Source of the DNA: a virus
Length of the DNA stretch: 44,795 bases
Direction: 5' to 3' (one strand)
Virus record (IMG/VR): IMGVR_UViG_2911509878_000001
Location: 1 to 44,795 of that record
Shown: piece after piece, positions 14,725-22,119 of the stretch
How the letters are laid out: every line of letters starts with the position of its first letter
Position numbering within the stretch: the first letter of the stretch is position 1
Notes under the pieces: model-generated
What the model was told of the DNA's origin: nothing
The model's database searches: none
Seen by the model: the letters and a program-made list of their open reading frames with translations, nothing else
Program-made: the position numbers and the translations under genes

Positions 14725-15640
14725 AAAACGTTCATTCGAGGAAGGCGTTCAATTCGCCTGGGATGGCACATCACTTGAAATCGCCCAGACATGCTTGCGC
14801 AAATACGCCTACAGCATTGTCTACGGTATCAAGCCGAAAGAGGAATCAGTTCATCTTCTGTTCGGAGGCCTTTACGCCTCCGCGCTTGAACTTTTCTACA
14901 AACTTCGTGCGGAAGGCTCTTCACACGAGGAAGCTTTGCATAAGGTCGTCAAAGAAACCATGATTAATTCTTGGGACCGCGACGAGGGCTGCCCCACAAC
15001 TTTCAACGACTCTGCAAAAACGCGCCCCAACCTCATCCGCACAATCGTCTGGTACATCGAGGAGTTTGGCCGGGAAAATGAAGGAGCCATGTCAACCTAT
15101 CATTTGCAAAACGGCAAGCCCGCAGTCGAGCTTTCCTTCGCTCTTGAGTTAACCGACGACATTATTTATTGTGGGCACCTTGATCGGGTTTCCCTTCTTG
15201 GTGATGACAAATACGTTATGGATCAGAAGACAACCGGCGGTGCACTTGGTAGTTACTTCGCCTCCCAATTCAGCCCCAACAACCAAATGTCTGGCTACAG
15301 TTGGGCGGGACATATGTTGCTTAACAGTCCCATCAAGGGCGTCATCATTGACGCGGCTCAAATCGCAGTCAATTTCACCCGCTTTGAGCGCTATGTAACT
15401 TACCGCAGTAAAGCCCAGCTTGAAGAGTGGCGAAACTCCACAATCTTTTCAATTAGCGTCGCGCGGCAAGTCACTGCCTCGGCCGAAAGTATTGAAGACT
15501 TTCCAATGAACCTTTCCGCCTGTGGCAACTACGGCGGCTGCCCCTTCCGCCTCCTGTGTTCTCGCGATCCTGGCGTCCGAGCCAATTTCATTAAGTCCGA
15601 TTATATCGAGCACAACTGGGACCCCTTGGAGGAACGCTGA
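14705..15640 (+). CDS. PD-(D/E)XK nuclease with Cas4/AddB-type Cys cluster (phage exonuclease)
   Basis: N-terminal CLRKYAY, GHLDRV...VMDQKT (D...D-x-K), QMSGY, and a C-terminal CGNYGGCPFRLLC. GTG start. Confidence 0.75.
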   Translation: MQRLSTKKRSFEEGVQFAWDGTSLEIAQTCLRKYAYSIVYGIKPKEESVHLLFGGLYASALELFYKLRAEGSSHEEALHKVVKETMINSWDRDEGCPTTFNDSAKTRPNLIRTIVWYIEEFGRENEGAMSTYHLQNGKPAVELSFALELTDDIIYCGHLDRVSLLGDDKYVMDQKTTGGALGSYFASQFSPNNQMSGYSWAGHMLLNSPIKGVIIDAAQIAVNFTRFERYVTYRSKAQLEEWRNSTIFSISVARQVTASAESIEDFPMNLSACGNYGGCPFRLLCSRDPGVRANFIKSDYIEHNWDPLEER

Positions 15641-15864
15641 TGATAAAGGTTCTATACACAAACGCAAAGGATTATTGGGCAGCGTCTGTAGGTGCTTACC
15701 CGCATCGAGTAGTTTGCAGCATCGGTGAACCTTATCCTCGTGACGCTGAAAGAGACTTAAAGCTTAAAAGCTCCTACATCGTCTGTCACGTTGACGGCTT
15801 GGCGCATTGGGGCTTCAAACACAAAGCTGACCTAGAACTATTCAAAGACTTCTACGAGATATAA
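15640..15864 (+). CDS. Hypothetical protein (74 aa)
   Basis: Start overlaps the upstream stop (TGATG). Confidence 0.6.
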   Translation: MIKVLYTNAKDYWAASVGAYPHRVVCSIGEPYPRDAERDLKLKSSYIVCHVDGLAHWGFKHKADLELFKDFYEI

Positions 15865-15868
15865 GCCC

Positions 15869-16669
15869 ATGCCAAATCTAGCCGACTACCAAAAATCCAA
15901 ACTTGTAAAGCTTATGATGATAGGCAATTCAGGTTCCGGCAAAACCGGCTCGCTGGTTTCACTTGTCCGCGCGGGATACAAGCTTCGTTTCCTTGAGTTC
16001 GACCAGGGCCTTGACGCCTTGATAAGCCATTGTGAAGACGAGGGCCTTGACATTTCCAAGATCGACTTCATGTCTTTCCGCGATAAACTCAAAGCCACCC
16101 CCGCCGGAACCAAACCAGACGGACCGCCGAAGGCGTTTTCAAAATCTTTGCAAGCCCTTGACACTTGGGAAGACGGGAGCGATCCGTCAACCTGGGGTGA
16201 TGACACATTCTTAATCGTGGACTCGCTAACCAACGTAGGCCGCGCTGCTTTCTTATGGTCACAGGCAATTGACCCTACAAACCGCGATCCCCGCCGTTGG
16301 TATAACAACGCACAATCCAGCATTGAGGATATGGTAGCCAACCTTACCAACGAAGCCTTTCAAACAAATGTGATCATCATCAGTCACATTGAAATTACCG
16401 AAAACAAAGACGGAACAATTAAGCACTACGTTTCATCAATCGGTAAGGCCCTCGGCCCCAAACTTCCACGCTTCGTCAACACTCTTCTTCTATGCGAGTC
16501 ACGGGTGCGTGGCGGAAGCGTTCAGCGCCAAATCCACACAATCCCTACCAACATGTTGGACGTTAAAGTCCCTGCGCCTAACAAGGTTGAAAAGTCCTAC
16601 GACATTAGCGACGGAATGGAAAAAATCGTTCGGGTAATTAGAGGCCGTCCTCACCCAAACGATAAGTGA
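15869..16669 (+). CDS. RecA-fold P-loop ATPase, Sak4-like recombination protein
   Basis: Walker A GNSGSGKTGS, Walker B-like FLIVDSLT. The size and the position next to a nuclease are typical. Confidence 0.65.
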   Translation: MPNLADYQKSKLVKLMMIGNSGSGKTGSLVSLVRAGYKLRFLEFDQGLDALISHCEDEGLDISKIDFMSFRDKLKATPAGTKPDGPPKAFSKSLQALDTWEDGSDPSTWGDDTFLIVDSLTNVGRAAFLWSQAIDPTNRDPRRWYNNAQSSIEDMVANLTNEAFQTNVIIISHIEITENKDGTIKHYVSSIGKALGPKLPRFVNTLLLCESRVRGGSVQRQIHTIPTNMLDVKVPAPNKVEKSYDISDGMEKIVRVIRGRPHPNDK

Positions 16670-16742
16670 ACACTCAGGCGGGACGCCGTTTTGAGGAAGT
16701 CTAAAATTGCGGGGACGCCCGTCTAAACCTATAGGAAAACCA

Positions 16743-17213
16743 ATGTCACGTTTCGCTGATATTCTAGATCGTAAACTTGAAGAGTTCGAACGTCCCCCAA
16801 ATCTACCCACCGGCCATTTCATTTGGCAGATCACAAAGCACCCTGAATATTCCGAGTTTACCTCCAAGGATGGTGTGCAGTTTGATCGGGTTACATTCTC
16901 CTGCAATCCCGTCTCCCCGATGGATGATGTAGATGAGGACGAGTTGTCAAGCTTTGGCGACTACACCAAAACACTCGTGCGGAAATCTTTCCTGGTCCCC
17001 GACTCTTCCGATGATGCGGCAGGCCACGATCGTAGTCTGTTTATGATTCGCACATTCCTGGGCCACTGTGGTGTTGACGAGTCGCTTCCGATGGGCGAAG
17101 CCATGAGCGAATCCATCAACGGTCAGTTCGCGGGGGAACTTACTCACCGCCCTGACCCAAACAACCCCGAGGTTGTGTATCAGGAAATCGGACGAACCTC
17201 GGTTCCTGAGTAA
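16743..17213 (+). CDS. Hypothetical protein (156 aa); candidate ssDNA-binding partner by position only
   Basis: ATG 16743 with GGAAAA upstream. It follows the Sak4-like gene. No acidic C-terminal tail is seen. Confidence 0.5.
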   Translation: MSRFADILDRKLEEFERPPNLPTGHFIWQITKHPEYSEFTSKDGVQFDRVTFSCNPVSPMDDVDEDELSSFGDYTKTLVRKSFLVPDSSDDAAGHDRSLFMIRTFLGHCGVDESLPMGEAMSESINGQFAGELTHRPDPNNPEVVYQEIGRTSVPE

Positions 17214-17223
17214 TTCAAGAAAC

Positions 17224-17246
17224 GAGGGGGCAGCGTTTGCCCCCTC
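17224..17246 (+). terminator. GC-rich hairpin (possible terminator or attenuator; no T-run)
   Basis: GAGGGGGCA, loop GCGTT, TGCCCCCTC. Confidence 0.45.
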
Positions 17247-17267
17247 ACTTACATGGAGTTAAAAAGA

Positions 17268-18569
17268 ATGTCGAAAAAAGAATATGATCTTGTGCCTATC
17301 GAAAGCATCTTCGTAGCTCCAGATCGACAGCGCCAGGAATTTAATGAGGCAAAACAACTCGAGCTAGATAACTCCATCCGCAAGCACGGCCTTATTCACC
17401 CCATCGTAATTTCAGAAGACAATACACTTATTGCAGGTGAGCGCCGCCTACGTTCTTACCAACGCCTTGATTATTCCATGATCGAGGTTCGTTACATTTA
17501 CGACCTCAATGAACAAGAACGCCAACTCGTTGAGTTCGAGGAAAACATTCGCCGGTCCGATTTGACCTGGCAAGAGCATACGCAGACGATTGCCCGATTT
17601 CATGAATTGAAGAAGACAGTTGAGGAAGATTGGTCGCAAGAAAAAACCGGAGTCGAACTTGACTTAACCGCAGCAGCAGTAAGCCAACACTTGTTAGTAA
17701 GCAAGGCTATGGAGGAAGGAGTCGAACAAGTAAACGAGGCGCCAAAGTTTTCTTCCGCCTATAGTTTCGCGCAGCGCCGAAAGGAACGGCAGCAGACCGC
17801 AAACAAGGCTGACATCAAAGACACCGTTGAAAGCCTGTTTGTTGATACAGCCTCTTCCAGCGAAGAAGCGAATGAAGAAGTGGAATTTGTTCCTGTCGAG
17901 TCTGAGGTTGCTGAAATAATGAACGGCGATTTCATTGAGTGGTGTAAGACACCCGTCAAAATCCCATTCAACCTTATTCACTGTGATTTTCCTTACGGTA
18001 TTAACGCCACGAAGATCGGACAGTCTGCGGCGAAAAGCGCGGGCGGCTACAACGACGATAAGGAAACGTATTGGAAATTGTTGGAGGCTTTTATAAATAA
18101 TCTAGACAACTTTTGCGCCCCCTCAGCCCATCTTGTCTTTTGGTTTAGTATGAACTATTACGAACAGACAAAAGAAATCCTGGAGTCTGCCGGGTTCCGA
18201 GTTTTCCTCCCCTTACTTATTTGGGGTCGCAGTGACAACAAAGGTATTCTCGCAGATCAAAACCGTGTTCCTCGCAACATTACCGAGACCGCCTTGCTTT
18301 GCAGTCGCGGGGACAGAAAGATTGTCCGCGCAACCTCCAACGCAGTTTGGGCAACAACAACTAAAGAATACCACATGTCGGAAAAGCCTTACGTCGTCAC
18401 CACGCATTTCCTGCGAATGTTGGTTGATGAGTCAACCCGCTTACTTGATCCCACCGCCGGTTCAGGAATGGCCGTTAAATGTGCCCGCGAACTCGGCGCG
18501 GAATACTCCCTCGGCATTGAGCTTAATCCCGATTACGCCTCCGACGCGCAAAGGAACCTTGAGTCATGA
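17268..18569 (+). CDS. ParB-like nuclease domain fused to a DNA N6-adenine/N4-cytosine methyltransferase (alternative start 17253)
   Basis: ParB-N: PDRQRQEF...HGLIHPIVI...IAGERR. MTase motif IV DFPY precedes motif I LDPTAGSG (beta-class order). Confidence 0.85.
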   Translation: MSKKEYDLVPIESIFVAPDRQRQEFNEAKQLELDNSIRKHGLIHPIVISEDNTLIAGERRLRSYQRLDYSMIEVRYIYDLNEQERQLVEFEENIRRSDLTWQEHTQTIARFHELKKTVEEDWSQEKTGVELDLTAAAVSQHLLVSKAMEEGVEQVNEAPKFSSAYSFAQRRKERQQTANKADIKDTVESLFVDTASSSEEANEEVEFVPVESEVAEIMNGDFIEWCKTPVKIPFNLIHCDFPYGINATKIGQSAAKSAGGYNDDKETYWKLLEAFINNLDNFCAPSAHLVFWFSMNYYEQTKEILESAGFRVFLPLLIWGRSDNKGILADQNRVPRNITETALLCSRGDRKIVRATSNAVWATTTKEYHMSEKPYVVTTHFLRMLVDESTRLLDPTAGSGMAVKCARELGAEYSLGIELNPDYASDAQRNLES

Positions 18570-19618
18570 AGGTCGCTATCGTCGGGGAAGCTTGGGGAGA
18601 AAAAGAAGAGGAAGCCGGAAAGCCTTTCGTGGGTGCTTCCGGCTGGGTTCTTGACAAAGCATTACAACAGGCTGGCATCGTTCGAAGCGAGTGCCTCATC
18701 ACCAACACTTTCAATTTCCGCCCGCTTGGTAACAAGCTTGAAACACTTTACGGAACCAAAGCCGAAGCCCTTCCAAACTATCGGCCAATCACCAAGGGTA
18801 AGTATATCCACAAAAAGTATTGGCCTGAACTTGAACGCCTTTACCACGAGATAGCAGCGTATGATCCAAACGTCATAGTCGCCTGCGGCAACACAGCGCT
18901 TTGGGCACTTTGCAAAAAGTCCGGCATCGCCTCCTATCGCGGTTCGCCGTTGGAAACTTTTGATTTCAAAGAGCAGATGAAGGACGCGCAAATCCCATAC
19001 GAAGGCAGACGCACTTACAAAGTTCTTGCAACCTGGCACCCCGCAGCGGTATTGCGCCAATGGCAGCTTCGTCCGATTTTGGTAGCCGACTTGCAGAAAG
19101 TTAAACAACAAGCAGCCTTCCCAGAAGTCCGCCGCCCTTCGCACCTTATTTACATGGAGCCAACGCTTCAAGATATTGAAGATTTTTACCACAACTTTCT
19201 ACTTAACCAACCTTTTCTTTCCGCCGACATTGAAACCAAGGATCGTTCCATAACCGAGATCGGCTTCTCCACTGCTGACGCAAGCCGGGCAATTGTAATT
19301 CCATTTTGGGATCGGTCGCAGCCATCTGGAAACTATTGGCAAACTTTGAAGGACGAACTTACCGCCTGGCGTTGGGTCCGCCGCATTTGCGCAGAGTTTC
19401 CATTGGTCGGACAAAACTTTCAGTACGACATGAAATATCTTTGGCGTACAGTTGGCATTCCGTGCCCCTATTTCCTCGATGACACCATGCTGATGCACCA
19501 TTCACTTCAGCCTGAAATGCGAAAGTCACTAGGCTTTATGGCTTCAATATACACCGATGAGCCGTCATGGAAATTCATGCGCACGGATCATAGCACCCTA
19601 AAGAAGGAGGATGAATAA
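18566..19618 (+). CDS. DNA polymerase fragment 1: family-4 UDG-like domain plus the 3'-5' exonuclease Exo I and Exo II motifs
   Basis: GEAWG...GKPFVGASG...ITNTFNFRP...WHPAAVLR, then SADIETKD (Exo I) and VGQNFQYDMKYL (Exo II). The ORF stops before any Exo III motif. Confidence 0.8.
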   Translation: MKVAIVGEAWGEKEEEAGKPFVGASGWVLDKALQQAGIVRSECLITNTFNFRPLGNKLETLYGTKAEALPNYRPITKGKYIHKKYWPELERLYHEIAAYDPNVIVACGNTALWALCKKSGIASYRGSPLETFDFKEQMKDAQIPYEGRRTYKVLATWHPAAVLRQWQLRPILVADLQKVKQQAAFPEVRRPSHLIYMEPTLQDIEDFYHNFLLNQPFLSADIETKDRSITEIGFSTADASRAIVIPFWDRSQPSGNYWQTLKDELTAWRWVRRICAEFPLVGQNFQYDMKYLWRTVGIPCPYFLDDTMLMHHSLQPEMRKSLGFMASIYTDEPSWKFMRTDHSTLKKEDE

Positions 19619-19764
19619 TGATTGTAATTCAATTGACAGGCGCACCCGGATCAGGGCGAACTGATGCTATAAATATAATCATTGAGTCTTTGGAGGGGCA
19701 GTTTGAAATCGTTAAAGTGGATCGCGAACATAGCGCAGTAAGTGTTATTAGGAAGTCATCATGA
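19618..19764 (+). CDS. Mini-ORF (48 aa) with a degenerate P-loop-like motif
   Basis: MIVIQLTGAPGSGRTDAINIIIESLEGQFEIVKVDREHSAVSVIRKSS. TAATG and ATGA coupling on both sides. Shorter than the ORFs listed in the supplied track. Confidence 0.45.
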   Translation: MIVIQLTGAPGSGRTDAINIIIESLEGQFEIVKVDREHSAVSVIRKSS

Positions 19765-20036
19765 TCCTCGGAACCCTACGCACTCACATAATCGAAGACC
19801 ACTTTCATTCTGTTCCTGAGGGCGGCTTCTTCACCCTCGACGTAAACATCGACGAGGCAATCATGCAACGCAGTGGAGACGTAAAGGCATATGGTTACAC
19901 GACTATTGCTGCTTGGCTTGCTTCCGCTATCAAAGATACAAAGGTTCCAAAGGAAAAATGGACCTTTGAATTTTCCGAGCGGGCGCGACGCCGCTATGAT
20001 TTCCCTGAGTTTCTAGATTTTGGGGTAGTCAAGTGA
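19761..20036 (+). CDS. Hypothetical protein (91 aa)
   Basis: Coupled to its neighbours on both sides. Confidence 0.6.
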   Translation: MILGTLRTHIIEDHFHSVPEGGFFTLDVNIDEAIMQRSGDVKAYGYTTIAAWLASAIKDTKVPKEKWTFEFSERARRRYDFPEFLDFGVVK

Positions 20037-20239
20037 ACCCACACAAACGCAAACAGGCTTTGGCAAAAATCCGCTTCTGCCCTGTTTGTAAAATCCGTGC
20101 ACTGTCGGATAAACGTTACAGCCTTTGCAATCACTGTGAAATGCAGAGGCGCTGGGATAAAGGTGATTATGATTGGCGAGAACAGCCGATTATAGAAGAA
20201 CCTAAAATAACATTAAACAAAGCTCCGTGGGAGAATTAA
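20033..20239 (+). CDS. Zinc-ribbon protein (68 aa)
   Basis: CPVC...14 aa...CNHC. GTG start overlaps the upstream stop. Confidence 0.55.
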   Translation: MNPHKRKQALAKIRFCPVCKIRALSDKRYSLCNHCEMQRRWDKGDYDWREQPIIEEPKITLNKAPWEN

Positions 20240-20240
20240 A

Positions 20241-20567
20241 ATGATCTACCTTGCATCGCCCTACAGTCATCCCGACCCTGTCATAATGCAGAACCGTTAC
20301 GAGCTTGCGCGCAACTATACGTTCAAGGAAATTCGTAAAGGATTACCAATGTTCAGCCCAATTGTTCATTGCCACGACATGTATCTGAATTGCAAAGGCG
20401 CGGAGTCTAACTTCAACTATTGGCGCGAATACAATATTCAAATGCTGCGTTTTTCAACTGAATTACACATCTTGACCTTACCGGGTTGGCGCGACTCGCA
20501 AGGTGTAGCCTTTGAAATGTTTGCCGCAGAAGAGCGCTCAATTCCTACGGTATACGTCAATGGCTAA
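20241..20567 (+). CDS. DUF1937-like (nucleoside 2-deoxyribosyltransferase-like fold) protein
   Basis: MIYLASPYSHPDP...MFSPIVHCH resembles the DUF1937 N-terminal signature as I recall it. Confidence 0.55.
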   Translation: MIYLASPYSHPDPVIMQNRYELARNYTFKEIRKGLPMFSPIVHCHDMYLNCKGAESNFNYWREYNIQMLRFSTELHILTLPGWRDSQGVAFEMFAAEERSIPTVYVNG

Positions 20568-22119
20568 ACTATTCGACACTCAACATTTAACCGAAAAGAC
20601 AATGAAGATGCTTTCGGCTAACGAGGCATCTTGGGTTTACAACGGACTGGACTGTTGTGTAACTTCCGAGGTCTATAATAATCTCCGCGAACAACTGGAT
20701 GGAGAAGAACCCCGTGTTCAGGAGACACATAAGTTTGCCAAAGCCAAGCTTGCGCCTTACATGGAAATGTCCCTGCGTGGATTGCATGTAGACCTTGCGG
20801 CTAAAGAGCGCGCACTCCAGGAATTAAAGAAAACACGGGACGACCTGGACCGAAAATTTCAACGCATTATGGTTGAGGTGTTTGGCGGGCCGATCAACTG
20901 GAACTCACCCACGCAAGTCAAGCAGTTACTTTACACGCAGATGGCATTGAAGCCTGTGAGGAAAAGAAACTCCAAAGGCTTTTACATGCCCACGGTGAAT
21001 GAGGAGGCCCTTGAGTATCTTAAAATTTACATTCATGCCAGGCCAATAATTTCATTCATCCTTACTTTGCGCGGCATTGCGAAGACTATCAGCTTTCTTA
21101 ACACAAAGCTCGACACCGACAACCGCATTCGCACCTCCTTCAACCTCGCTGGAACTGTAACCGGCAGGCTTTCCAGCGCCGAGTCCGAGTTCGGCTCCGG
21201 CACAAACTTACAGAATGTTGACAGGTCCATCCGTTATATTTTCACACCCGATCCTGGAATGTATATGGTGAACATTGACCTAGAGCAAGCCGACGCGCGG
21301 AACGTTGGCGCAATTATGTGGAACATGTTCTACGATAAACACGGCCCTGAGTTCGCCGGATCGTATCTTAACGCCTGCGAATCTTCCGACTTACACACAG
21401 CCGTATGTCGCATGGCGTGGCCGAACCTGCAATGGCCCGACGATGAGTCCGAATGGAAGAAGTATTGCTCCAGCGTAATCCTCTACGGCCAAGACTCCTA
21501 CCGTCAAATCGCTAAGAAGCTTGGACACGGGACAAACTATTACGGCACTCCCCCAACAATGGCACGACACACTCATACGCCGGTTCAGATCATCAAGGGC
21601 TTCCAACGAAACTACTTCAACGCTTTCCCCGTCATTCCGTTGTGGCAGAACGAAACAATTTCCCTGATCCAGGATCAAGGGGTTCTTTACAACTTGTTCG
21701 GACGCAGGCGGCATTTCTTTGGTCGCGGAAACGACGCCAAAACTCACCGAGATGCCATCGCGTATTCTCCTCAATCCAGCACAGGCGAACAAATCGACCG
21801 AGGCCTTTTCAACGTCTGGCGCAGCTTCGATATAAAGCTTGTTCAATTCCTCGTCCAAGTCCATGACTCAATCCTCTTCCAAATACCCTATGCAGAAGCA
21901 GAAGAACTAATCCCACTCATATTACAGAAAATGCAGGTTGTTTTAGAATTAAAAGGAGGCCGTTCTTTCACCATCCCGCTTGAGGTAAAAGCGGGATGGA
22001 ATTGGGGCGACTATGATGATGACAACCCGGACAAAAATCCACTAGGTTTAAAATCCTGGACTGGAAAAGAAGAACGGGAACGCCCGTCGCCAAGGCGGAG
22101 ACTGAAGGACTATCTATGA
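20560..22119 (+). CDS. DNA polymerase fragment 2: Exo III motif plus the family-A polymerase domain
   Basis: WVYNGLDCC (YxxxD), motif A VNIDLEQADAR, motif B RQIAKKLGHGTNYYG, motif C VQVHDSILF. ATG 20560 overlaps the upstream stop by 8 nt. Confidence 0.85.
   Translation: MAKLFDTQHLTEKTMKMLSANEASWVYNGLDCCVTSEVYNNLREQLDGEEPRVQETHKFAKAKLAPYMEMSLRGLHVDLAAKERALQELKKTRDDLDRKFQRIMVEVFGGPINWNSPTQVKQLLYTQMALKPVRKRNSKGFYMPTVNEEALEYLKIYIHARPIISFILTLRGIAKTISFLNTKLDTDNRIRTSFNLAGTVTGRLSSAESEFGSGTNLQNVDRSIRYIFTPDPGMYMVNIDLEQADARNVGAIMWNMFYDKHGPEFAGSYLNACESSDLHTAVCRMAWPNLQWPDDESEWKKYCSSVILYGQDSYRQIAKKLGHGTNYYGTPPTMARHTHTPVQIIKGFQRNYFNAFPVIPLWQNETISLIQDQGVLYNLFGRRRHFFGRGNDAKTHRDAIAYSPQSSTGEQIDRGLFNVWRSFDIKLVQFLVQVHDSILFQIPYAEAEELIPLILQKMQVVLELKGGRSFTIPLEVKAGWNWGDYDDDNPDKNPLGLKSWTGKEERERPSPRRRLKDYL

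Noticed and set aside
19619-20559. Intein or group I intron as the explanation for the split polymerase
   Set aside because: There is no in-frame continuity, which an intein requires. The interval is filled by four ORFs with overlapping stop/start codons and SD-like contexts, so it behaves as ordinary operon DNA. I could not recognise intron core structure by eye, but this is not formally excluded.
18662-21864. Minus-strand ORFs 18662..19192 (176 aa) and 21391..21864 (157 aa)
   Set aside because: They are antisense to the polymerase fragments, which carry clear motifs. They are judged to be shadow ORFs.
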